Program-made: the position numbers and the translations under genes | Notes under the pieces: generated by a model | What the model was told of the DNA's origin: nothing | What the model saw: only the letters and a program-made list of their open reading frames with translations | Databases searched by the model: none | Shown here: positions 18,743 through 27,102 of the stretch, one piece after another | How positions within the stretch are numbered: position 1 is the stretch's first letter | How the letters are laid out: the number at the start of each line of letters is the position of its first letter | Assembly: GCA_043745805.1 (NCBI GenBank) | Contig: JAYTSD010000001.1 | Location: forward strand, 161,315 to 225,314 | DNA from: Fibrobacteria bacterium | GTDB lineage: Bacteria > Fibrobacterota > Fibrobacteria > UBA11236 | DNA length: 64,000 nt | Direction: 5' to 3'

Positions 18743-21259
18743 TTATCGATTTAAAGAAAGTACCTCACGCAATTGCTTGCGGCGATTTTTGATTATCGCA
18801 TAAGCGGTGCAAATGAGTCCGACTAAGCTGCCCACAGCTAAACAATAAAGCAATAACGATAGGTCGGGTGTCCAAGGTAATTGCCAAAGCAGGCGATTAA
18901 TTAACACCACCGCGAGCATACTTAAGCCATAACCAATAGCTGCGGCGCTTAAACAGAAGCCTAAATATTCCGTAGCGAATAAAATCCATAATTTCCGATC
19001 TGTAACTCCCAAGGTACTTAATAATAAAATATTGCTTTGATTATTTTCCACCATGGCATGTACAATCAATCCCAAAATGGACAGCCCAATTCCCAAAGCA
19101 AAAAAAGACATAAACTGCACTAACCATTGCAGTTTATTTAAAGTGTCTATACTTTTTAAAACGGCTTCGCGAACATTTAAAGACGTGATATTGGGAAAAA
19201 TTGCGGTGAGTTGGGTTTGTAGTTTTTCCGTTTCCTTAGGTGGAATTTTATTTAGCGTGGCTAAAAAAGTTTTGGGTGCCATTTCCAAAGCGCCGGGTTG
19301 AAATAATGCAAAGAAGTTCGGTTGAAAACTTGTCCAGCGTACTTTGCGCAAACTTGTCAAAAGTCCATTCACCTCTATGCCTTGCACATCAAAGGCTAGA
19401 GTATCCCCTAATTTTAAATCTAATCTTTTAGCGAACTCCTTTTCTACGCTGATTTCAGGAAGCGTGCCTGTTATCACCGGGCCTTGCCAAAATTTTCCGG
19501 CTACTAATTCCTCTGAACTCGAAAGACTATCGCGATAACTCAGGTTAAAACCACGATTACGAAATTGCTGTTTATTTTTCTCTTCTAAAGTTGCTTTGCT
19601 TCCTAAATCTTTTTTAAAAGCGTGGCCATTTACGCTATCTAGGCGCGCGCGAATCATAGGTGCTGGAAAAGCAAGAGGGTAACCCCAATGTTGCAGGGAG
19701 TCACGCAAGGGAGGGAATTGTTCTTCTTGAATATCAAATAAAAAAAGTTGCGGTAAAGTGGTGCCGCTGGGTACTTCCAATTCTTGCACCAAAACCGCTT
19801 TTAATTGAGGCAATAAACAACTAGAAAAGGCAACTAAACCTAGGGTAGAGAAAGCCATTAAAGATTTTTGTTTATTCCATCGAAAATTACCCAACCAAAT
19901 TTTTAAACCGTAACTCGCGCGTTTACGATACCCATAAAGGATTCCATGAATGCCTATGGCCATTGCTGCTAAGAGAAAAAAGGCGGCCCCTAAACAACCC
20001 AACCAAAGGCTACTTAATAGCCAAGAATGACTGCTATGAAAGGCAATGAAAAATAGGTAAGCGCAAATGAGAATATAAAATCCAAAGCGAATTTTTTTGT
20101 CGAGCGGATCGTTTTCCATTGGTTTAATTAAAGTCGCAGGAGAGACCTTACTCAAAGCCAAAATACTCGTGGAGCTGAATAGTATGCTGGTAAATAATGC
20201 TAAGCCCGAGGCTAAAAAAATAGAAGCAAGGGGTAGGGTAGAGGGAATATCAATATTAAACCAATGCTGTATTACATAATGCAAAAGGTGAATTAGCCCC
20301 GTAGATAGTAGTAGCGAGAGCAAAGCAGCCATTAGCGCTAGAAGCATGTTTTGTACTCCATAGAGTCGCAATGTGTACCCTCGAATGCCTCCTAATAAAG
20401 TAAATAAGGCGATAGTTTTTCTTTCTTTCAATAAATGCTGATGAAAAAAGAAAGCCGCACCCAAAGCCGCTAATAAAAAAGAAGACAGGCTAATAATTTT
20501 TAAGAAGGATATAATTAAACTAAAGCTACGACTAATATCATTATCTCCTTCCGAGGCCGCAGTGATTTCAATTTCGGGATCACTTAAAGCTTCATCCAGT
20601 TTTTTCTTTAAAATATTTGCGTCTGTAGGTTGCGTTATGGTATAAAAGTTGTAACGAAAGATACGACTACCTTTTTGATCGAGTCCGGTTCCCGATAAAT
20701 CTTGTAAACGAATATAAACTCGACTTCCTAATTCCCAAAATTGAAAATGCGATCCTGGCCTATCGGTATATTCTTCTCGAATATGAAAGGTCTGTGAGCC
20801 GAGTTGTAGGCTATCACCTACTTTAGCTTGTAAACTTGTAAGTAACTCCCCAGGAAATAAAATTTCATTATGTTTTAACTGATTTACCTGAAATGGTTGT
20901 CGAAACGCAAAGCTTCCAATTAGGGGATACGTGGAAGACATAGCCTTTACTTGCACTAGCTTGCTTTGATCGCCAATCTTAAGCATAGAAAGGAAGCCCC
21001 AAAGCTCGGTAGACTTTGCATCGGTGGAGATTAAATTGTGTATGGACTTTTGTTCTTTTTCAGTAAAGGGACGGCGACTATAAATTCTTAAATCCCCTTC
21101 CAAAAGTTCTTGGGCACGGCCGGCCAAATCTTTTTCAAAATTTTTGGATAAAGCATCTACGACGGTAGTTAAAGAAAGTCCTAAAGCATAAATAACAACA
21201 AAAGCCGTTATTAAGCCGGTTTTATGACGTAACAGTTTAAGGGAAAGTGGCCATTGCAT
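18743..21259 (-). CDS. ybbP: YbbP-like FtsX/MacB-family ABC permease
   Basis: FLFDIQ, PMIRARL, R.FNLSY, LRKVRWTSFQPNFF motifs; two TM blocks. Confidence 0.85.
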   Translation of the reverse strand: MQWPLSLKLLRHKTGLITAFVVIYALGLSLTTVVDALSKNFEKDLAGRAQELLEGDLRIYSRRPFTEKEQKSIHNLISTDAKSTELWGFLSMLKIGDQSKLVQVKAMSSTYPLIGSFAFRQPFQVNQLKHNEILFPGELLTSLQAKVGDSLQLGSQTFHIREEYTDRPGSHFQFWELGSRVYIRLQDLSGTGLDQKGSRIFRYNFYTITQPTDANILKKKLDEALSDPEIEITAASEGDNDISRSFSLIISFLKIISLSSFLLAALGAAFFFHQHLLKERKTIALFTLLGGIRGYTLRLYGVQNMLLALMAALLSLLLSTGLIHLLHYVIQHWFNIDIPSTLPLASIFLASGLALFTSILFSSTSILALSKVSPATLIKPMENDPLDKKIRFGFYILICAYLFFIAFHSSHSWLLSSLWLGCLGAAFFLLAAMAIGIHGILYGYRKRASYGLKIWLGNFRWNKQKSLMAFSTLGLVAFSSCLLPQLKAVLVQELEVPSGTTLPQLFLFDIQEEQFPPLRDSLQHWGYPLAFPAPMIRARLDSVNGHAFKKDLGSKATLEEKNKQQFRNRGFNLSYRDSLSSSEELVAGKFWQGPVITGTLPEISVEKEFAKRLDLKLGDTLAFDVQGIEVNGLLTSLRKVRWTSFQPNFFALFQPGALEMAPKTFLATLNKIPPKETEKLQTQLTAIFPNITSLNVREAVLKSIDTLNKLQWLVQFMSFFALGIGLSILGLIVHAMVENNQSNILLLSTLGVTDRKLWILFATEYLGFCLSAAAIGYGLSMLAVVLINRLLWQLPWTPDLSLLLYCLAVGSLVGLICTAYAIIKNRRKQLREVLSLNR

Positions 21260-21922
21260 TTATTGGAATTGACCTAAATGTAAACGTAAAATACGATGAC
21301 AGCGTTTGGCTAAATTTTGATTATGGGTAATTAATAGTGCGGTAAGATTTTCTTCAGCAATGAGTTTAAAAATAAGCTCTTCAATTTCGAAGGCGGTTTT
21401 TTCATCAAGACTACCGGTAGGCTCATCGGCAAAAAGAATCATAGGTTTTATAATCAAGGCTCGGGCAATAGCCACACGTTGCTGTTCTCCACCGGATAAT
21501 TGATGAGGATAATGTTGCCCACGTTTTGCTAAACCCACCTTATGCAGCAAATCCATGGCTTTATCTGTGGCTTTTTTGTCTCCAGCAATTTCCAAAGGCA
21601 AGGCTATATTTTCCAAAGCGGTAAGCGCCGGAATTAAATGATATTCCTGAAAAATAATCCCAATTTTTTCACCTCTTAAACGGGCTAAAGCATCGCGACT
21701 TAAGGTGGCTAAATCTTGATCGCCAAAAAAAATGCGACCGGAGTCTGGTTTGTCTAATCCGGCTAATAAACTTAACAGCGTGGTTTTGCCACAACCACTA
21801 GGCCCAAGAATAGCAATACTTTCACCCGCTTTTACGGTAAAGCTTATATTGTTTAGAATAGGTAAGATGCTATTGGTTTTGTTACCGTAGGCCTTAGAAA
21901 TATTCTCCGCTTGTAAAATCAC
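21260..21922 (-). CDS. ybbA: YbbA/LolD-like ABC ATP-binding protein
   Basis: [32 protein letters not shown] at 21922 has a GGAGA RBS (ORF extends to 21961). Confidence 0.88.
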   Translation of the reverse strand: MILQAENISKAYGNKTNSILPILNNISFTVKAGESIAILGPSGCGKTTLLSLLAGLDKPDSGRIFFGDQDLATLSRDALARLRGEKIGIIFQEYHLIPALTALENIALPLEIAGDKKATDKAMDLLHKVGLAKRGQHYPHQLSGGEQQRVAIARALIIKPMILFADEPTGSLDEKTAFEIEELIFKLIAEENLTALLITHNQNLAKRCHRILRLHLGQFQ

Positions 21923-21976
21923 AAATTCTCCGAGTAATATATAAGTAGTAATAAGTAGCATATTGCTAGTATTTTT

Positions 21977-22612
21977 TTATTTTGCTAAAATTTTTCCTTT
22001 TAGAAATAAAAAAATATTTTCTGCAATACGCGCATGTCCCGCTTCATTTGGATGAATGCCGTCCGCTTGATTTAATTTACGCTCTCCTGCGACTCCTTCG
22101 AGTAAAAAGGGTAGTAGGGGAATATTATATTGTTGGGCTAGGCTAGAAAAAATATTTTCAAAGGCTTTTGCATAAGCAGGGCCGTAATTGGGCGGTACTT
22201 TTAATCCGGCTAGTAACACTTTATAATGCTGGGCTTGCGCAAAACGAATTGTGTTTTCAATATTCTTACGCGTTTGTTCTATGGGTACTCCCCGTAATCC
22301 ATCATTGGATCCGATCGTTAACAAAATCCAATCGGGCTGGCCTTTAGCATACCATTGTAAGCGTTTTAAAGCACTGGCCGAAGTGCTGCCGCTAGAACCA
22401 CCATTAATAACATGAATAGTGGGATTGAGGCTGTGAAATTTTTTTTCCAATAAAGCCGGAAAGGCCATTTCCTTCTCAATGCCATAACCCTCGGTTAAAC
22501 TATCGCCCAAAATCAAAATATTCATTTGAGGTGGGCTTTCTGCCTTTATGGCAAAAACCCATAAAAACAAAATGGAAAATGAGAATACGGAGCGGCGAAG
22601 TAATTTTAACAT
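21977..22612 (-). CDS. tesA: TesA-like arylesterase (SGNH/GDSL)
   Basis: GDSLTEGYG, G.NDGLRG, PPNYG, DGIHPN; signal peptide. Confidence 0.9.
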   Translation of the reverse strand: MLKLLRRSVFSFSILFLWVFAIKAESPPQMNILILGDSLTEGYGIEKEMAFPALLEKKFHSLNPTIHVINGGSSGSTSASALKRLQWYAKGQPDWILLTIGSNDGLRGVPIEQTRKNIENTIRFAQAQHYKVLLAGLKVPPNYGPAYAKAFENIFSSLAQQYNIPLLPFLLEGVAGERKLNQADGIHPNEAGHARIAENIFLFLKGKILAK

Positions 22613-22692
22613 GGCTTTAATCTTTTTAAATTGGTCCTGTAACTCGAATCCTAGTATTATAATAACAGTATAAAATTCAAGCGGGAGTATTT

Positions 22693-23007
22693 ATGATAAA
22701 GAAAAGTTTATTCGGTGGTTTAATTTTGGCGGGTGCTTTCCTAATTGCGCAAGCGGGTTCAGTTGCGGATAGCACTAAAATTATTGCGGATGGCAAAGAA
22801 ATGAAAATGGACGGCCAATGTTGCAAAAAAGGGCATAAAGAACATTGCAAAAAGGAAAATAAAGAGCAATGTGAAAAACACGCTAAGTCCGAAGCTTCAA
22901 CGTCCAAAGATGAAAAGTCTATGGAAGAAAAAGATTGCCCTAAGACTAAAGATTGTCCAAAAAAAGAAGGTCAATGCTTAAAGAATGGGAAAGAGTCCGA
23001 CACTTAA
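22693..23007 (+). CDS. Small secreted Cys/Lys/His-rich protein
   Basis: GGGAG RBS, signal peptide (AQA), CCKKGHKEHC, KDCPK twice. Confidence 0.65.
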   Translation: MIKKSLFGGLILAGAFLIAQAGSVADSTKIIADGKEMKMDGQCCKKGHKEHCKKENKEQCEKHAKSEASTSKDEKSMEEKDCPKTKDCPKKEGQCLKNGKESDT

Positions 23008-23018
23008 GTCTCTCACTT

Positions 23019-23140
23019 CGGTCACTGAGTTTGGTGAAGTGACATGGAAGTTACCTTACTGATCGCTTCGAAGGGCTCAAGGACCGATTCAGATCTGAAA
23101 TCAACAAATTTTTCACGGACGCTGAGCTTGTCGAAGCGCC
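23019..23140. repeat. Three REP-like 23-nt units in alternating orientation
   Basis: CGGTCACTGAGTTTGGTGAAGTG (23019, +), CGGTCCTTGAGCCCTTCGAAGCG (23064-23086, -), CGGACGCTGAGCTTGTCGAAGCG (23116, +). Confidence 0.7.
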
Positions 23141-23143
23141 CGC

Positions 23144-23632
23144 TTACTCCACCCTCACCCAAGTTTGCGAACGCCCCAAAAAAGAAACCCCAATATAACC
23201 GCGAACTAATAATTTTTTTCCATCATTAATAGTATGCAATGAGCAACGATAAGTTTTTCCATTTTTAGGATCAAGTATATATCCTCCTGTCCATTCACTA
23301 TCTTTAGCATGCATTCCCCAGAGTATGGTTAACCCTTTGATTTTTTGATTATGTTGCTCTCCTGTGCATTGATCACAAATGGGATCTTGAGGTTGTTCCG
23401 GGGCACGAAATAATATTTCAATTTTCCCTTTTAATTCTCCATTTTCCCGCCAAATACGCACGAGTGATTTTTCTTTACCAGTTTTATCATCAATGGTTTT
23501 CCACTGGCCTTCAGGCGAAAGGGATGCGGATACAGGGGTTTGCGCAATTATTAAATGGGGGAAACCTAAGCAAAAAATGACAATAGAAAACACTAATAAT
23601 GCATTACGCGAAATAAGCAATGAAGAAAACAT
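23144..23632 (-). CDS. DUF2147 family protein
   Basis: G.WKTIDDKTG..KS.V.I, CDQC, GGYILDPKNGKTY, L.VRGYIG...GRSQTW.R. Confidence 0.9.
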   Translation of the reverse strand: MFSSLLISRNALLVFSIVIFCLGFPHLIIAQTPVSASLSPEGQWKTIDDKTGKEKSLVRIWRENGELKGKIEILFRAPEQPQDPICDQCTGEQHNQKIKGLTILWGMHAKDSEWTGGYILDPKNGKTYRCSLHTINDGKKLLVRGYIGVSFLGRSQTWVRVE

Positions 23633-23703
23633 ATTGGGCCTTTCGAGACTATGACATAAATATCTAATTTCTAGAACAAAAAGCAAATGGTAAAGAGGAA
23701 AAT

Positions 23704-24387
23704 ATGCGTATTCATTATTTGCAACATGAACCTACGGAAGGCCTAGGTTTTGTTGAGCATTGGGCAATACAGCATGGCCACGCATTAAGTTCGACCCAGT
23801 TATGGAATGGGGAGTCGCTTCCTATCCAACAAAATTTCGAGGCTTTATTGGTATTTGGCGGCCCTATGAATATTTATGAAGAGGATTTATTTCCTTGGTT
23901 AATACCGGAAAAGAAATTCATAAAAGCAGCTATAGAAAGCGGAAAAAAAATCATCGGTTTTTGTTTGGGCTCACAGCTATTAGCAGATATTTTGGGCGGT
24001 CCGGTAACACGTAATAAATTTATGGAAATAGGTTGGTTTCCTATTCAATGGACCGATGAAGCTTTGGCGTTACCTGTACTTCAGGGGTTACCATCTTCTA
24101 TTACGGTTCTACATTGGCATGGGGACACCTTTGCTTTGCCTCCTGGTGCTATGCGTCTCGCGGAAAGCCTTGGCTGCGAGAATCAAGGCTTTGTTTGGGG
24201 GAATAATATTTTAGCCTTTCAATTCCACTTGGAATTTACTTTGGGGCAGGTGCAACAGTTTTTATCAACTGGGGATTTGCCTGCAGGACAATATGTGCAA
24301 AAGCCGGAAGCGATGCTGTCGCATCCCGATCAATTCGACATGGCAAGAACCTATTTGGAGACGATATTAGACCGTTTTTTAATCTAA
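23704..24387 (+). CDS. Type 1 glutamine amidotransferase-like protein
   Basis: GGPMN, GFCLGSQL nucleophile, WHGDTF, QFHLE. Confidence 0.9.
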   Translation: MRIHYLQHEPTEGLGFVEHWAIQHGHALSSTQLWNGESLPIQQNFEALLVFGGPMNIYEEDLFPWLIPEKKFIKAAIESGKKIIGFCLGSQLLADILGGPVTRNKFMEIGWFPIQWTDEALALPVLQGLPSSITVLHWHGDTFALPPGAMRLAESLGCENQGFVWGNNILAFQFHLEFTLGQVQQFLSTGDLPAGQYVQKPEAMLSHPDQFDMARTYLETILDRFLI

Positions 24388-24441
24388 ACGTTGTTTTTTT
24401 CAGAAAAAACCTCAAAAAATTCTAATCTTCCAGATATCCTC

Positions 24442-24470
24442 TTGACAATATTCGTTATAACGAATATAAT
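24442..24470 (+). promoter_or_regulatory. Consensus sigma70 promoter overlapped by a perfect 20-bp palindromic operator
   Basis: TTGACA-17 bp-TATAAT; ATATTCGTTATAACGAATAT at 24448-24467. Confidence 0.85.
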
Positions 24471-24476
24471 TACGAT

Positions 24477-24947
24477 ATGCCTAAAGATTTGAAAACAGAA
24501 ATAAAACAAAACAAACCTTTTCCCAGTATAGAGGAAGAAGTGTTTTTGAATTTGGCGCGTACTGCGGATATTTTGCAAAGGCGTTTTGTAGAGCTTTTCA
24601 AAAAATTCGATCTTTCACCTACGCAATACAATATGCTGCGCATCTTGCGCGGAGCCGGCGATAAAGGTTCGGCTTGCGGGGAAATAGGGGAGCGTATGGT
24701 TACTCGTGATCCGGATATCACAAGACTTGTGGACAGGTTGGAGAAACGTAGTTTAGTGCAGCGTTCCCGCGAAGCCAAGGATCGTCGAGTCATAACCACT
24801 CGCGTTACCGAAGCCGGTTTGAAAATTTTGTCCGAAATGGACAGGCCGGTTACTGAATTACATAAAACCCAATTAGGACATTTGACTAAAAAACAAGCGC
24901 AAGAATTAATTCAACTTTTGGAATTATCGCGCGAAAAAGTCGGATGA
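24477..24947 (+). CDS. MarR family transcriptional regulator
   Basis: QYNMLRILRG, DITRLVDRLE, DRR winged-helix motif. Confidence 0.93.
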   Translation: MPKDLKTEIKQNKPFPSIEEEVFLNLARTADILQRRFVELFKKFDLSPTQYNMLRILRGAGDKGSACGEIGERMVTRDPDITRLVDRLEKRSLVQRSREAKDRRVITTRVTEAGLKILSEMDRPVTELHKTQLGHLTKKQAQELIQLLELSREKVG

Positions 24948-24960
24948 TTTTTTATAACTC

Positions 24961-24980
24961 ATATTTGTTATAACGAATAT
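24961..24980. promoter_or_regulatory. Second copy of the MarR operator
   Basis: ATATTTGTTATAACGAATAT, one mismatch to 24448-24467. Confidence 0.8.
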
Positions 24981-25006
24981 ACTTAAAACGATAAAAGGAA
25001 AAATGT

Positions 25007-25705
25007 ATGTTAACCGTAAGAAAATCAGAAGATCGCGGAAGCTTCAATATGGGTTGGTTAGATACCAAACATAGTTTTTCATTTTCCGATTATTATGATC
25101 CGAAACATATGGAATACCGTTCCTTGCGAGTTATCAATGAAGATAAAGTTGCTCCTAGTACTGGATTTGGTACCCATGGTCATCGCGATATGGAAATTGT
25201 CACCTATATCCTTTCCGGTAAACTAGAGCATAAAGACAGTTTAGGCAGTGGGGATATATTGAAGCCCGGCGATGTACAGTATATGAGTGCAGGAACAGGT
25301 ATTCGGCATAGCGAGTTCAATCCTTCGGATAAAGAGCCTGTGCATCTTTTACAGATTTGGATAATGCCCGATCGATCGAGTCATACGCCGCGTTATGGAC
25401 AAACCCATTTTACGCAGGAACAAAGGCATAATAATTTGCGATTAATTGTTTCGCCAGATGGTGCAGAAGGTAGCTTGCCTATACATCAAAATGCATCTAT
25501 CTATGCCAGCCTATTAGATGCTGGAAAAACTTTATCCATGCCTTTAAAGTCTGGTAGATATGTCTGGGTGCAAATAGCTCGCGGACAAATGGTCGTGAAT
25601 GGATTGGTATTAAATGCTGGCGATGCTGTTGCAATTGAACAGGAAACAGAAATTCGTTTAGAAGCCAAAGAAGATACAGAGTTTTTGCTATTCGATTTGA
25701 TATAA
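25007..25705 (+). CDS. Pirin family protein (YhhW-like)
   Basis: LRVINED, GFGTHGHRDMEI, MSAGTGIRHSEFN, LLQIWI. Confidence 0.95.
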   Translation: MLTVRKSEDRGSFNMGWLDTKHSFSFSDYYDPKHMEYRSLRVINEDKVAPSTGFGTHGHRDMEIVTYILSGKLEHKDSLGSGDILKPGDVQYMSAGTGIRHSEFNPSDKEPVHLLQIWIMPDRSSHTPRYGQTHFTQEQRHNNLRLIVSPDGAEGSLPIHQNASIYASLLDAGKTLSMPLKSGRYVWVQIARGQMVVNGLVLNAGDAVAIEQETEIRLEAKEDTEFLLFDLI

Positions 25706-25734
25706 AAATTATTTAACACCCAAAGGAGAGAACC

Positions 25735-26331
25735 ATGAGCACAGTCACTGATATCACTCAATCGCGTCAGACGGAATTTCCCATCGAAGCGATTTTCACT
25801 AAGCGCTGGTCGCCACGTGCTATGAGCGGAAAAGCTATCGACATTAAAGAATTGGATTCACTATTTGAAGCGGCACGTTGGGCGCCGTCATCATTCAATA
25901 ATCAACCTTGGCGTTTTGTTTATGCCTTACGCGATACAAGTAACTGGGAAAAGTTTTTGAATCTCTTGGTTCCTTTTAATCAAACTTGGGCTAAGAATGC
26001 CTCCGCTTTAGTAGTGATTGTTTCTAAAAATACTTTTGATCATAATGGCGAGCCGATGCCTACACATTCTTTCGATACCGGTTCAGCTTGGCAAAACTTG
26101 TCTTTAGAAGGTAGCGCGCGTGGCTTAGTCGTGCATGGCATGGGTGGATTTGACTATGCTAAAGCTAAAACAGAATTGGCCATCCCTGATGGTTATACCG
26201 TGGAAGCTATGGCTGCTATTGGTCAGGTCGGTGCTTTAGATGTTTTGCCGGAGCAAATGCAAAAAGGCGAAGTGCCTAGCCAACGTAAACCGCTAAAAGA
26301 CATTGTTTTTGAAGGCCAATTTGGGACTTAA
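25735..26331 (+). CDS. Nitroreductase family protein
   Basis: RWSPRA, EAARWAPSSFNNQPWRF, FDTG.AW, HGMGGFD. Confidence 0.93.
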   Translation: MSTVTDITQSRQTEFPIEAIFTKRWSPRAMSGKAIDIKELDSLFEAARWAPSSFNNQPWRFVYALRDTSNWEKFLNLLVPFNQTWAKNASALVVIVSKNTFDHNGEPMPTHSFDTGSAWQNLSLEGSARGLVVHGMGGFDYAKAKTELAIPDGYTVEAMAAIGQVGALDVLPEQMQKGEVPSQRKPLKDIVFEGQFGT

Positions 26332-26344
26332 TTAAAATCACTCA

Positions 26345-26377
26345 AAAAGCTTTTGGTTATATCAAAGGCTTTTTTTA
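26345..26377 (+). terminator. Intrinsic terminator
   Basis: AAAAAGCTTTTGG...TCAAAGGCTTTTTTT hairpin with T-run. Confidence 0.6.
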
Positions 26378-26395
26378 AAAAAACGGAATTCTCTC

Positions 26396-26424
26396 TTGCA
26401 TTGTACCCTAATTTGGGGTACATT
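26396..26424 (+). promoter_or_regulatory. TA-operon promoter with palindromic operator
   Basis: TTGCAT-17 bp-TACATT; TGTACCC-N7-GGGTACA at 26402-26422. Confidence 0.7.
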
Positions 26425-26431
26425 AAATTCA

Positions 26432-26698
26432 ATGGGTTATGAAGTTATTTTCCAGAAAAAGGTTCTAAAGGAGTTGGATAGGCTCCCAGATCTAATTCAA
26501 GACAAGTTCTTAACCCTTGTCGAAGATCTCAAAACCAAAGGGCCGATTCAACCGGAATGGAAGAATTACAGCAAATTGGATGGGAACAAATACCATTGTC
26601 ATTTGAGCTATTCTTGGGTGGCATGTTGGAGATATGAAAAAGGAAAATTGATTATAGAGGTGTATTATGTTGGCAGTCGTGAAAACGCCCCATACTAA
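26432..26698 (+). CDS. RelE/HigB-like type II toxin
   Basis: 88 aa; YEV...KKVLKEL..LP, YHCHL..., IEVYYVGSRENAPY; overlaps the downstream XRE gene. Confidence 0.75.
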   Translation: MGYEVIFQKKVLKELDRLPDLIQDKFLTLVEDLKTKGPIQPEWKNYSKLDGNKYHCHLSYSWVACWRYEKGKLIIEVYYVGSRENAPY

Positions 26699-27035
26699 TT
26701 TACGAATACAAGGAGATATTTCTGGAGCCGTCCTTTCTGTGCTTAAGGCGGAGTATGGTAAAAAGCTTGTAATTAAAAAAGAAGCTGATGACGAGCTTGT
26801 GAAAATAATGGATACGGATTGGTACAAGCAACAAAAAAAAACCATGACCCCTGGAAAATATCTTCGAGTTTACAGAGAGAATAAAGATTTGACTCAAGAA
26901 GAATTGGGTCAAAAACTCGGTGGGCTTTCGCGTCATTATGTTTCTGATTTGGAAACGGGCAATCGAGCTATTAGTAAAAACATTGCCAAAATACTTTCTG
27001 AGCTTTTTAAACAGCCAGTGACTCGGTTTTTATAA
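26667..27035 (+). CDS. XRE/HTH_3 antitoxin (HigA-like)
   Basis: GAGG RBS; LRVYRE..DLTQEELG......HYVSDLETGNRAI helix-turn-helix. Confidence 0.8.
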   Translation: MLAVVKTPHTNLRIQGDISGAVLSVLKAEYGKKLVIKKEADDELVKIMDTDWYKQQKKTMTPGKYLRVYRENKDLTQEELGQKLGGLSRHYVSDLETGNRAISKNIAKILSELFKQPVTRFL

Positions 27036-27102
27036 GATTATAAAGATACTGCCCAAATTAGCAGTAATTGCTATTATATAGAGAAATAGCAATGAGCAGA
27101 GC

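Noticed and set aside
23019-23140. Possible mini CRISPR array
   Set aside because: Units alternate in orientation, are degenerate, and no cas genes are present; better explained as REP-like
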